NCBI GenBank assembly: GCA_903929485.1
Contig: CAIYUY010000211.1
Location: 3,770-67,769 of the forward strand
Length of the DNA: 64,000 bases
Reading direction: 5' to 3'
Origin: an uncultured Desulfuromonadales bacterium
GTDB lineage: Bacteria; Desulfobacterota; Desulfuromonadia; Geobacterales; CAIOGM01
Position numbers and translations under genes: made by a program
The notes under the pieces: generated by a model
Told to the model about the DNA's origin: nothing
Databases searched by the model: none
The model's input: only the letters and a program-made list of their open reading frames with translations
Shown: positions 8,272-17,655 of the stretch, in pieces
How the letters are laid out: each line of letters starts with the position of its first letter
How positions within the stretch are numbered: the first letter of the stretch is position 1

Positions 8272-9801
8272 ATGCCGAAACAACCGTTAATGCTGATGAT
8301 CCTGGACGGATGGGGAAACAACCCAAACCACGAGAACAACGCCGTGGCGCTGGCCAAAACCCCCAACATGACCCGACTCTGCCGTGATTACCCCTGCACC
8401 GAGATCGGCACCTCCGGCATGGCGGTGGGACTCCCGGAGGGGCAGATGGGGAACTCCGAGGTGGGGCACCTGAATATCGGCGCGGGACGGACGGTCTACC
8501 AGGATCTGACACGGATCAGCAAAGCCATCGTTGACGGTGATTTTTACACCAACCCGATCCTCCTTGACTGCATGACGAAGGTTAAGTCAACCGGCGGCCG
8601 CCTTCACCTCTCGGGACTCCTCTCCGACGGCGGTGTCCATTCCCACAACAGCCACCTTTACGCCCTGGTGGAGATGGCCAAGAAGTCGGGAGTTAAGGAA
8701 CTTTTCATCCACTGTCTCCTGGACGGCCGCGACACCCCCCCCAAGAGCGGCGCCGACTACCTGACTCAACTGGAAACGGAACTACGAAGGATAGAGTTCG
8801 GCAAGGTGGCCACGGTCATGGGGCGCTACTACGCCATGGATCGTGACAATCGTTGGGAACGGGTGGAAAAGGCGTATCGCGCCATCGCGCGGGGAGAAGG
8901 AAACCGGGCGGCAAGCTCCGGCGAGGCGATTCAATGGAGCTATGGAGAGGGGGTCAACGACGAGTTCGTTATCCCAACGGTCATCACCGGCCTGGACGGG
9001 AAGTTGCGGGATGGTGACGGCTTCATTTTTTTCAACTTCCGCTCCGATCGCGCTCGCGAGTTCACGAGGGCGCTGGCACTGGACGATTTCAATGGATTTC
9101 AGCGGGAGAGCCCCCCCCGACTGGCCCAGTACGTCTGCATGACCGAGTACGACGCCACCTTCGGCCTCCCCATAGCCTTCGGGCCGGAAGAGCTGACCAA
9201 CATCTTCGGCGAAATCATCAGCCGGGCCGGGCTGACCCAGCTCCGAATCGCCGAGACCGAGAAATACGCCCACGTCACCTTTTTCTTCAACGGCGGGAGA
9301 GAGGTGCCCTTTCCCGGCGAAGAGCGGGCGCTGGTCGACTCTCCCAAGGAGGTCGCCACCTACGATGAAAAACCGGAGATGAGCGCCTACCTGGTCACCG
9401 ACGAGCTCCTGACTCGTCTGGATTCCGGCGCCTATGACGTGATCATCCTCAATCTGGCTAACGCCGACATGGTGGGACATACCGGCATTCTCCCCGCTGC
9501 AATCAAGGCCATTGAGGCTGTGGACGACTGCGTGGGTCGGCTCACCCAAAAGGTGCTCGCCCTGGGGGGACGGATACTCATCACCGCCGATCACGGCAAC
9601 GCGGAGACCATGGTGGACGAAACCGGCGGCCCACACACGGCGCATACCTGCAACTCAGTCCCCTTTATCCTGGTGGACGACAGTCGTCAAGGAGCAAAAC
9701 TCCGGAGCAACGGCATCCTGGCCGACCTGGCGCCCACCATGCTCCGGATTCTCGGCATCCCCCAGCCGGTGGAGATGACCGGCGCGAGCCTCATCGGCTG
9801 A
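8272..9801 (+). CDS. gpmI: 2,3-bisphosphoglycerate-independent phosphoglycerate mutase
   Basis: I take the start as [15 protein letters not shown]. Supporting motifs are [21 protein letters not shown] and ADHGNAE. Confidence 0.92.
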   Translation: MPKQPLMLMILDGWGNNPNHENNAVALAKTPNMTRLCRDYPCTEIGTSGMAVGLPEGQMGNSEVGHLNIGAGRTVYQDLTRISKAIVDGDFYTNPILLDCMTKVKSTGGRLHLSGLLSDGGVHSHNSHLYALVEMAKKSGVKELFIHCLLDGRDTPPKSGADYLTQLETELRRIEFGKVATVMGRYYAMDRDNRWERVEKAYRAIARGEGNRAASSGEAIQWSYGEGVNDEFVIPTVITGLDGKLRDGDGFIFFNFRSDRAREFTRALALDDFNGFQRESPPRLAQYVCMTEYDATFGLPIAFGPEELTNIFGEIISRAGLTQLRIAETEKYAHVTFFFNGGREVPFPGEERALVDSPKEVATYDEKPEMSAYLVTDELLTRLDSGAYDVIILNLANADMVGHTGILPAAIKAIEAVDDCVGRLTQKVLALGGRILITADHGNAETMVDETGGPHTAHTCNSVPFILVDDSRQGAKLRSNGILADLAPTMLRILGIPQPVEMTGASLIG

Positions 9802-9808
9802 GACGCTC

Positions 9809-10351
9809 ATGACCTCGGCCGTCGCTCACCCCCCCCTGCTTCACTTCGCCGGGATCGTCCTGGCTGCGGCGCTGGGCGCCATGCAGGGACGGGCTGACCG
9901 GGCTGGACCGTTCTGGCGGATTCTCGTCAGGCTCCCCGGCACATTGCTTCATGAGATGGCTCATCTGGTAATGGCCTTCATCACCGGCGGCAGACCCGCC
10001 GGATTCACCGTCATCCCCCGCCGGACCGTGGGGGTCACCGCCGGCGGCTCGACGCGGCAGGTCTGGGTGCTCGGCTCGGTGACGATCACCAACCCCTCAA
10101 TCATCGCCGCGTTCCCCTCCGGATTTGCTCCACTTCTGTTGCTCCCCCTCGCCTGGTTTCTCTATGACAACTGGTTCATCTGGTTCCCGCCGGACCTTCC
10201 GCACTCACTCCTCATGTATCCGGCCGTGGTAATCTGTTGCGGCGGTTCACTCCCTTCGTCCCAGGATGTTTCCGTGGCGTTTTCCCGCCCCCTCGGGCTG
10301 TTGCTCTACTCGACCATCGGCTCCTGCATCTGGCTGACATACCGGCATTAA
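9809..10351 (+). CDS. Membrane protein with HExxH motif (M50B-like metallopeptidase family, tentative)
   Basis: 180 aa and hydrophobic. LLHEMAHLVMAFITGG resembles the M50B-like signature as I recall it. Confidence 0.45.
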   Translation: MTSAVAHPPLLHFAGIVLAAALGAMQGRADRAGPFWRILVRLPGTLLHEMAHLVMAFITGGRPAGFTVIPRRTVGVTAGGSTRQVWVLGSVTITNPSIIAAFPSGFAPLLLLPLAWFLYDNWFIWFPPDLPHSLLMYPAVVICCGGSLPSSQDVSVAFSRPLGLLLYSTIGSCIWLTYRH

Positions 10352-10532
10352 AACCATGCAACCGTGCCTATTTCCGATGCGTGCCGTCTGTTCGCCGGCG
10401 GCGCTCACTTATGAACTTAAATCTAATAATTTAAGCATGTTACCCAATACAAAGGAGCCTGATACGTATATATTGCGACACTACGGCCGATCCGACATCA
10501 TCCGTGGGTGATTCGTGCATGATTTTTACAGA

Positions 10533-10562
10533 TTGACAACAGAGCGCAACTACAGGTAAATA
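10533..10562 (+). promoter_or_regulatory. Candidate sigma70-type promoter for the secreted-protein/adhesin operon
   Basis: A perfect TTGACA at 10533-10538 is followed 17-18 nt later by a weak -10 (gtaaat/taaata). Confidence 0.3.
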
Positions 10563-10656
10563 GGCGGAATTCATACAGGATGCCGGAAACGGAAGAGGAA
10601 CATTTCATCGGCGGAATTCATACCGGATGCCGGAAACGGAAGAGGAACATTTCACT
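10563..10656. repeat. Tandem duplication, 2 x 47 bp
   Basis: Unit 1 (10563-10609) and unit 2 (10610-10656) differ at 2 positions that I can see. Each unit carries ggaagagga and atgccggaaacg. Confidence 0.85.
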
Positions 10657-11313
10657 GTGATCATATCGTCTAAAAAGAGCAGAACAACCTTCTGCCTGCT
10701 GCTGGCAGTTACTTTCGCCCTGGGCGCCGTTGGTCCCGGCGCTGCCGCCGACAAGAAAAAACAGTCGTCGGCAGTTAAAAGTACGCCGGCGTTGCCGCCA
10801 AGTACGCCGCCGGCAACGCCCCTCCCCTCCTCCCCGCTGGTCACCTCAACCGCCACCGTGACCGCGACCGGAGCGCAAACCGTCGTGAGTAACATAACCC
10901 AGGATGCGGTCAAGGGGGGGGTCCTGGCCTGCGCCGGCCGGATCAACCAAGTGGCCAATTTCCTCACGGGGGGGAACCAGGGGGTCGGCGCATTTATCTT
11001 CCTCCCTCCAACGGATCAGGATCAGCGGCTGACATCATTTTCCATCGAGGTGCCGTCAACCACCGGGGCGTCATCTTATGCCAGCGCCGGTTTCGCGCCC
11101 AATCAGGCCAACGGTTGTGGCGGGATGTATGAGTCGCTGACGTACTGGCCCCAAGGGTGCGCCGCCGTGGCAGCCGGAGCCTACGGCGCCTTGAAACGGG
11201 GAGGAATCCTTGCCAAAGAGATCATGGTGCTTGACGGCGGGCCCATGACCAGAATATTCCTGATGCCGGCCGGAACCGGCTGTCTCTCCATCAAAAAGGA
11301 AATTGTTCTGTAA
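10627..11313 (+). CDS. Hypothetical secreted protein (Ala/Pro/Thr-rich N-terminal region)
   Basis: The signal-like segment is KKSRTTFCLLLAVTFALGAVGPGAAA. The start is ATG 10627 or the in-frame GTG 10657. I recognise no family. Confidence 0.55.
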   Translation: MPETEEEHFTVIISSKKSRTTFCLLLAVTFALGAVGPGAAADKKKQSSAVKSTPALPPSTPPATPLPSSPLVTSTATVTATGAQTVVSNITQDAVKGGVLACAGRINQVANFLTGGNQGVGAFIFLPPTDQDQRLTSFSIEVPSTTGASSYASAGFAPNQANGCGGMYESLTYWPQGCAAVAAGAYGALKRGGILAKEIMVLDGGPMTRIFLMPAGTGCLSIKKEIVL

Positions 11314-11346
11314 CCGGGCTTATCAGCCCACAGGAAGGAGACACGA

Positions 11347-12849
11347 ATGAAACAACACCAACAGAACCACCCACAAAACAGACTTTTTCAGGCAGTTCCG
11401 CGCACTCTTGCGGTAACGGCTCTTTTTATTCTCACCTGGAGCATACCGTTAACCGCCATGGCCAGCGATCTCCAACTCAACACCCTCTCCGTTGACACTT
11501 CAAGCACCCTCAACGGCATAACAACGATCAACGCCACCCTCACGGCTACCGGTATCTCGTCAATCAATGCCACGGGAAATAATACGACGACCATCGGCAA
11601 CATCAACAACCAGACAAACCTCACCGGCGCCGTAACGATCAACAGCACCACGCCGGCAGTGACGACCATCGGAGCAACCGGCGGCGTCACAACTATCAAC
11701 GGTTTTACAAATATCAACGGCCCCGTCGCCATCAACAGCTCCGGTAACGGGAGTACCCTCATCGGCGCTGCCGCCGGAACGGTGGGTATCGCCGGAGTCA
11801 CAACCATTTCCGGCGCTACCACCGTGAGCAACTCGCTGGCCGTGACCGGGGCAACCAGTTCGACAGGTCTCTCCAACACAGGGATGCTCACCAACACGGG
11901 CGTTTTCACCAACAACGGCGCCACGAATCTTAACGGCACAGCATCAATTACCGGAGACCTTACCGTCACCGGCAACCTCACGACCTCCAACATCTCCTAT
12001 ATGACCATCGGTTCCATCACGACCACGGGGGGGATTTCCGGCGGCTCTCTCGCCACCACCGGGGCGTTAACCGCCGGATCGGCCACCCTCTCCGGAACGC
12101 TGGCCGCCGATCAGCTGAATGTCACCGGCGGCGTCACCGCTTCAGCCCTCACCGCCGCCACCGGCAACATGGCTACCATCACTTCCGGTACAATAGCCAA
12201 CAGCGGTCTCCTGAGCAGCGGTACACTTCAGGTCACCGGAATCAGCAGCACCAACGGCATTGTCAACAACGGAGAGCTCACCAGCAGCGGCGTTACCACC
12301 CTCACCGGGACAACCGGTATCAATACCACCGGGACGGCCGCCACAACCATCGGCAACAGCAATCCCGCCACCGTCGTCATCATGCGCGGTGGAGCGGGGA
12401 GTGTCGCCATCGGTAATGAGACAACGGCCATTGTCGGGGCCACCACCAGTATGACGCTGAACGGCAGCGGGGTAACTTTCAAGAATACGGCCAACGGGGG
12501 GGGAGCGGTGAAGATTACCGGCGTGGCTGACGGCGTCTCCGGCTACGATGCCGCCAATATGCGACAACTCCAAGGATTGGAAGCACGACTGAACAGCTCG
12601 CTGAAGGCGCAGGAAGTGACGCTCTCCCGTGGTGTCGCCATGGCAGCCGGACTTGCAGCCATCCCTCAAGTGGATCAGAACAAGAGCTATGCCCTGGGAA
12701 TCGGAACCGGGCTCTACAATGGCGAGGCGTCCCTGGCCATCGGCGCCAGCATGAGGCTTGCCGAAAATGCAGTCGTCAAGGCCGGCCTGAGCTTCTCTCC
12801 CGGCGGCGAAGCCCCCATGGGGAACGTGGGGATGGGACTTTCCTGGTAA
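11347..12849 (+). CDS. Trimeric autotransporter adhesin (YadA-like C-terminal anchor)
   Basis: 500 aa with a signal peptide and a T/N/G-rich repetitive passenger (TTINATLTATGISSINATGNNTTTIG...). The C-terminal segment YDAANMRQL...GVAMAAGLAAIPQ...SYALGIGTGLYNGEASLAIGAS...GMGLSW is typical of the YadA anchor. Confidence 0.8.
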   Translation: MKQHQQNHPQNRLFQAVPRTLAVTALFILTWSIPLTAMASDLQLNTLSVDTSSTLNGITTINATLTATGISSINATGNNTTTIGNINNQTNLTGAVTINSTTPAVTTIGATGGVTTINGFTNINGPVAINSSGNGSTLIGAAAGTVGIAGVTTISGATTVSNSLAVTGATSSTGLSNTGMLTNTGVFTNNGATNLNGTASITGDLTVTGNLTTSNISYMTIGSITTTGGISGGSLATTGALTAGSATLSGTLAADQLNVTGGVTASALTAATGNMATITSGTIANSGLLSSGTLQVTGISSTNGIVNNGELTSSGVTTLTGTTGINTTGTAATTIGNSNPATVVIMRGGAGSVAIGNETTAIVGATTSMTLNGSGVTFKNTANGGGAVKITGVADGVSGYDAANMRQLQGLEARLNSSLKAQEVTLSRGVAMAAGLAAIPQVDQNKSYALGIGTGLYNGEASLAIGASMRLAENAVVKAGLSFSPGGEAPMGNVGMGLSW

Positions 12850-13090
12850 CCAGCCGCGTAAATCAGGAACGGACCAGCGCAAACCCTCACCTGATTAGCG
12901 ACAATCTTGAGCTAAGTCTCTACCAATTATTGTCGTCCCCGAATTGTTCTATCGGGGACCTGGTTTGCTTACCCCCGCTGTCGGGTAGGAATCCGCCGTT
13001 GATTCAACTGGTTGAATATCATCGCTCATCAGGAAGAGTAGATAGCAACCTGTAGGGTGAGCCTGTCCTAGTCCGTACCGTTCAGCTCTT

Positions 13091-13116
13091 CTTCGTGAAA
13101 CTTCGTGTTCTTCGCA
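13091..13116. repeat. Copy B of the 3x CACGAAG element (reads cttcgtg-aaa-cttcgtg-tt-cttcgc on the plus strand)
   Basis: On the minus strand, cgaagaacacgaagtttcacgaagaa matches 601-626 with one mismatch. It lies just 3' of the ychF stop. Confidence 0.75.
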
Positions 13117-13136
13117 GATAAATGAATTTTTAATTA

Positions 13137-14231
13137 TTAGACATTAAAACGAAAGTGCATCACGTCGCCATCCTGGACGACGTACTCTTTACCTTCCAAC
13201 CGCATGACCCCCTTCTCCTTGGCGCCCGTTTCTCCGCCGGCAGAGATGTAACTGTCGTAAGCGATGACCTCGGCCCTGATGAACCCTTTCTCAAAATCAC
13301 TGTGAATCACACCGGCAGCCTGGGGCGCCTTGGCCCCCCGAGGGATGGTCCAGGCGCGAACCTCCTTGACCCCCGCGGTGAAGTAGGTAATGAGTCCCAG
13401 CAGTTCGTATCCCGCGCGGATCAGCGCATCCAGGCCGGATTCGGCCAGTCCCATCTCCTGAAGAAACATCTGCTTCTCTTCGCCGTCCAGTTCGGAGATC
13501 TCCGCCTCAATCTTCCCGCAGATGCAGACAAGCCCCCCTTTCTCCCGGTCAACAACTTCCCGGAGCTGCGCCACGAAGGGGTGCGCACCCTCCGGATCGT
13601 CTTCCGCCACGTTGGCCACGTAGAGCACCGGCTTGCCGGAAAGGAGGTGAAGGTCACGCTGCCAGATCAGCTCGTCATCCCCCACCGCAAGATTCCGGGG
13701 GGACTCCCCCAGTTCCAGCGCGCTCTTGACCCGGGCGTAGAAATCCGCCTCTTCCTTCAATTTCCGGTCACCGCTTCGGGAGAGCTTTTCAGCTCGCTGG
13801 AGTTTTTTCTCCACCGTATCCAGATCGGCCAAGGCCAATTCAGTCTGGATAATCTCCACGTCCCGCACCGGATTGACACTGCCGTCCACATGAACCACGT
13901 TCTGATCGTCGAAGCAGCGTACCACATGAACGATGGCGTCCACGGAGCGGATATGCCCCAAAAACTTGTTTCCCAACCCTTCTCCCCGGCTGGCCCCCTT
14001 GACGAGACCGGCGATGTCAAGAAATTCAATGGTAGTGGGGAGCATCCGCTGGGGCTTGACGATCTTTGCCAACTCCTCCATGCGGGGATCGGGCACCGGG
14101 ACAATCCCCACGTTGGGGTCGATGGTGCAGAAGGGGTAATTGGCCGATTCGGCGCCGGCGGACGTGAGAGCGTTGAAGATGGTGGACTTTCCCACGTTGG
14201 GGAGACCGACGATACCGCAGGTGAAACCCAT
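13137..14231 (-). CDS. ychF: Redox-regulated ATPase YchF
   Basis: I take the start as MGFTCGIVGLPNVGKSTIFNALT. The C-terminal TGS-like region is RAWTIPRGAKAPQAAGVIHSDFEKGFIRAEV. Confidence 0.92.
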   Translation of the reverse strand: MGFTCGIVGLPNVGKSTIFNALTSAGAESANYPFCTIDPNVGIVPVPDPRMEELAKIVKPQRMLPTTIEFLDIAGLVKGASRGEGLGNKFLGHIRSVDAIVHVVRCFDDQNVVHVDGSVNPVRDVEIIQTELALADLDTVEKKLQRAEKLSRSGDRKLKEEADFYARVKSALELGESPRNLAVGDDELIWQRDLHLLSGKPVLYVANVAEDDPEGAHPFVAQLREVVDREKGGLVCICGKIEAEISELDGEEKQMFLQEMGLAESGLDALIRAGYELLGLITYFTAGVKEVRAWTIPRGAKAPQAAGVIHSDFEKGFIRAEVIAYDSYISAGGETGAKEKGVMRLEGKEYVVQDGDVMHFRFNV

Positions 14232-14259
14232 AATCCGTATCCTTTGCAAGTATGAACTG

Positions 14260-14844
14260 TTACGGTTGCAGCGTCAGATCCTTGCGATTGTAGAGACTCA
14301 TGCTCTTTGGAACCCCTTCCCGGAGCAGGGTAGACAGCAGGTCGCAGACCCCGTCACAGAGCCGTGACAGGTGAGGGAGTTCGTCCCTGCCAAAGGCGCC
14401 AAGCACATACTTCACCGGATCCCCCTTGACAGGACGGCCGATCCCCACCCGAACCCGAAGAAAATCACCGTTCCCCAGTTCCGCCATGAGGGAGCGAAGA
14501 CCGTTGTGACCGCCGTGCCCCCCCCCCTCTTTGATCTTAACCTGACCGAAGGGGATGTCCAGCTCATCATGAATAACGATAAGGTTCGCCGGGGAGAGCT
14601 TATGGTAACGAAGCGTCGCCGCCACCGACCGTCCGGAGAGGTTCATGTAGGTCTGCGGCTTGACCAGGAGTAACCGCTCACCTTGCCAGCTTCCTTCGCC
14701 GCAGAGACCGGAAAACGACTTCTTCGTCACGGAGATGCCGGCCAGATCCCCCAACCGGTCCAGAACCATGAAACCCGCGTTATGGCGGGTTTCATGATAC
14801 TCCGGACCGGGATTCCCCAGTCCGGCTATGAGGTGAACGGACAT
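14260..14844 (-). CDS. pth: Peptidyl-tRNA hydrolase
   Basis: LIAGLGNPGPEY..TRHNAGF...DELD.PFG..K.K..GG.GGHNGLRS. Confidence 0.92.
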   Translation of the reverse strand: MSVHLIAGLGNPGPEYHETRHNAGFMVLDRLGDLAGISVTKKSFSGLCGEGSWQGERLLLVKPQTYMNLSGRSVAATLRYHKLSPANLIVIHDELDIPFGQVKIKEGGGHGGHNGLRSLMAELGNGDFLRVRVGIGRPVKGDPVKYVLGAFGRDELPHLSRLCDGVCDLLSTLLREGVPKSMSLYNRKDLTLQP

Positions 14845-14860
14845 CTGCTAATATCCTCCG

Positions 14861-15433
14861 CTACTCGGCGGTTCCCGGCTTGGGAAGTACGGTAACGAGA
14901 GAAGCCTTGGGTTCGGCAAGAACCTTGACCCCTTCGGGAAGAACCAGATCACTGACATGAAAGGAATCCCCCACGGCAAGGTCTCTGACGATGATTTCGA
15001 TGTGATCGGGGATGTTGCCGGGAAGGCACTCCACCTCAAGCTCATGCATGAGCGGATCAAGTAACCCGCCGCTCTTGACGCCGATGGAGGTGCCCACGAA
15101 AGAAATCGGCACGGTGACCCGAAGCTTTTCGGTCATGTTGACTTTGAGCAGATCGACATGAGTAGGAATCCCCTTGAGGCAATCTTTCTGCAACTCGGTG
15201 ACGATGACCGTGATCCCTTCCAGAGAACCGCCCCCTGCCAGGGCGATGAGTCTGTTAACTCCCCCCTCGCCGGCGATGGCGGCGCTCAGTTCCTTGGGGC
15301 TCAGGGTAACGGAAAGCGACTCCATCCCCTTGCCGTAGACCACTCCGGGGATTCTGCCGGCGCTTCTGAGCTTCCGACAGACACCTTTACCTGATTTTTC
15401 CCTGAGTTCAACATTAAGAACCTGCTGCGACAT
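14861..15433 (-). CDS. rplY: 50S ribosomal protein L25 / general stress protein Ctc
   Basis: 190 aa with R...GKG..RKLR..G.IP.V.YG and a two-domain Ctc-type length. It sits in the conserved prs-rplY-pth-ychF order. Confidence 0.88.
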   Translation of the reverse strand: MSQQVLNVELREKSGKGVCRKLRSAGRIPGVVYGKGMESLSVTLSPKELSAAIAGEGGVNRLIALAGGGSLEGITVIVTELQKDCLKGIPTHVDLLKVNMTEKLRVTVPISFVGTSIGVKSGGLLDPLMHELEVECLPGNIPDHIEIIVRDLAVGDSFHVSDLVLPEGVKVLAEPKASLVTVLPKPGTAE

Positions 15434-15514
15434 GTCTGCCTCCCTGATATGAAGATAAATTATTGAGCTTAAAAATTACCAATGACGATGGATCATGCCC
15501 GGCGGTAATGCCGG

Positions 15515-16459
15515 TTAAAAAAAGAGAGAACTCACCGATTCATCCTCATGGATACGCCGGATAGCCTCGGCCAGGAGCGGCGCCACGGAAAGGATTCGGA
15601 TCTTCGAACTCTGCTCGGCCTTATCTCCAAGCTGGATAGTATTGGTCAGGACAACCTGGGTGATGTCTGACCCATTGATCCGCTCAATGGCAGGTCCGGA
15701 GAGGACACCATGAGTGGCGCAGGCGTAGATTTTGCTCGCGCCGTGCTGCTTCAGCGCCTTGGCGCCATGGGTAAGGGTGCCGGCGGTATCAATCATATCA
15801 TCCAGCAGGATGCAAACCTTGTCCCGCACATCACCGATAACATGCATGACCTCGGCCACATTGGGGGCGCTACGCCGCTTGTCGATAACCGCAAGAGTGC
15901 AACCGATCCTCTTGGCAAACGCCCTGGCCCGCTCGGTCCCTCCGGCATCAGGGGAAACCATGATAATGTTTTGACCGTCGAACTCTTTTTTAATATATTC
16001 CACGATGACCGGGGCAGCGTAGAGATTGTCCACCGGGATATTGAAGAAGCCCTGTATCTGGCCGGCATGAAGATCAACGGTTACCACCCGATCCGCCCCA
16101 GCGGTGGTGATGAGATCGGCCACCAACTTGGAGGTAATGGGAGTCCTGGGAGCCGCTTTCCTGTCCTGACGGGCATAACCGTAATAGGGGATAACCGCGA
16201 TGATCTTGGCGGCGGAAGCCCGTTTGAGGGCGTCCATCATGATCAGCATTTCCATCAGGTTGTTGTTGGTGGGGGCACAGGTAGCCTGAACAATATAGGC
16301 ATCCCGGCCACGAACGTTCTCGCAGATTTCGACCCTGGTCTCGCCGTCGGAAAAAGTCCTGACCAAGGATTCGGACAGGGGAAGACCCAGCTTGTCGCAG
16401 ATCTCCTGCGCCAGTTGCGGGTTGGAATTACCGCAGAAAATCTTTATTTTATCGAGCAT
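15515..16459 (-). CDS. prs: Ribose-phosphate pyrophosphokinase
   Basis: 314 aa with FSDGE..V.I.ENVRG.D..I.Q...P.N..LMELLIM.DA..RASA, plus VSPDAGG and DDMIDTAGT. Confidence 0.93.
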   Translation of the reverse strand: MLDKIKIFCGNSNPQLAQEICDKLGLPLSESLVRTFSDGETRVEICENVRGRDAYIVQATCAPTNNNLMEMLIMMDALKRASAAKIIAVIPYYGYARQDRKAAPRTPITSKLVADLITTAGADRVVTVDLHAGQIQGFFNIPVDNLYAAPVIVEYIKKEFDGQNIIMVSPDAGGTERARAFAKRIGCTLAVIDKRRSAPNVAEVMHVIGDVRDKVCILLDDMIDTAGTLTHGAKALKQHGASKIYACATHGVLSGPAIERINGSDITQVVLTNTIQLGDKAEQSSKIRILSVAPLLAEAIRRIHEDESVSSLFF

Positions 16460-16689
16460 GAAGATCCCTCAAGCGTTCAGCCGCTTTTCCAGCCTGGAGT
16501 CGGGCGCCGGAGCGGCACTGACGTCCCGGCTCACCCGCCAAAAGAGTTTTTGTACACCATGGGGGGGATAAAGTCAACAGGAAACGGGATGTTGTCCGGG
16601 GAGAGTCAAAACCGTTCGCCAGGAATTCGCCCGGCCGGGAATGCGCCGGGCGGATGAAAAAGGTATTCACAATCGAGGTGAAGATTGTA

Positions 16690-17379
16690 TCAGGTAAGGA
16701 CGAAATCGGCGATGGTCCGGGCGATGCGCGAGTTCCTGACCTTGCTGTTGTTGACGACCATGTGGTAATAGAGGGGATCATGGGGGTCGGCATCCAGCAA
16801 CGTCCGGATGATCCGATCCCGCTCCTTCTGTTTTTCATCGATGAGCAGTTCGGCATCCTGACGAGAGAGTTCCAACCGCCTGGCAATAGAGCGGACCTTG
16901 AACTCCTGATCGGCAACCAGCCGGAAGTGCGTGCAATTTTTCAGTGATTTCGTGATGATAGCGGCGCCAAGACCCACGAAAACAGCATTGCCGGCCATGG
17001 CGACGGACGCGATCTGATTGCAGATCAGTTCATAGTAGCCAGCCTGGCTCTTCCAACCGGGGGAGAGGGTAGCGAACATCTCGTCCAACCACTGAGGCTT
17101 CTGTCCAAGACCCTGAAGGATCTCTTCGGCCAAGCTGTGATTCTTGGCCACCGCGGTGAGCAGCGACCTATCCACCAGCACCCACTCCTCGCCGCTCTTC
17201 TCCTGCACCAGTTTCATCAACTCCTCGGCAACGGGAAACGCCTCACAGCCGAATTCTCGGGAGATGGTGATGGTTGGCCGGGGAAGAACATCAGGCTTGA
17301 GCACCCTGGCTCGACGCACAACTTCGTTGAAAGCGCCCATCCTCTGTTCGATTGACGGGGAAAGCACGGTCAGGTTCAT
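16690..17379 (-). CDS. Cytidylate kinase-like family protein (PF13189-type)
   Basis: The ATG at 17379 is preceded by AGGAGG. The sequence ITISREFGCEAFPVAEELM...FVGLGAA...FRLVA....R..... matches the family pattern as I recall it. Confidence 0.6.
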   Translation of the reverse strand: MNLTVLSPSIEQRMGAFNEVVRRARVLKPDVLPRPTITISREFGCEAFPVAEELMKLVQEKSGEEWVLVDRSLLTAVAKNHSLAEEILQGLGQKPQWLDEMFATLSPGWKSQAGYYELICNQIASVAMAGNAVFVGLGAAIITKSLKNCTHFRLVADQEFKVRSIARRLELSRQDAELLIDEKQKERDRIIRTLLDADPHDPLYYHMVVNNSKVRNSRIARTIADFVLT

Positions 17380-17655
17380 AACATCCTCCTGTGATGAGAG
17401 ATGCCGCAGAGCAGTCTCTTGACGGCGGTGAAGAGAAGACAACGGTTCGAACAACCATCATATGACTAATACAATGAATTTTGTTTCTTGGCAAGTCTCT
17501 CCTGCGTTACCCTGCAAGAGGGGATGATTAATCCCTTGCAAAGACGGCTCTCCCTTGAGCCATCCCCCTGGCCCCTTGGAGTGAACTATCTCTTCACTAT
17601 CCATGAAATCTCCTTTTGATGGTTATTTTCCCGAAACAGGGATATACTCCGGCAT

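Noticed and set aside
13155-14255. 366-aa plus-strand ORF opposite ychF. Similar cases lie opposite gpmI (8782-9645), prs (15710-16657), uvrC (58612-60318), the adhesin gene (12142-12882) and the DUF3300/DUF2950 genes (62369-63046).
   Set aside because: In every case the opposite strand encodes a protein with clear family motifs. These are GC-driven antisense frames.
16626-16652. GC-rich hairpin gcccggc-N-gccgggc downstream of the cytidylate-kinase-like gene as an intrinsic terminator.
   Set aside because: No U-run follows on either strand, so I cannot support a terminator call.
17488-17506. Sigma54-like TGGCAA...TGC motif upstream of the TIGR02757-family gene. A similar TGGAAAC...TTGC lies in the NRPS leader near 44640.
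   Set aside because: The GG-to-GC spacing is 2 nt (and 4 nt) longer than the TGGCAC-N5-TTGC consensus, so neither is a credible -24/-12 promoter.
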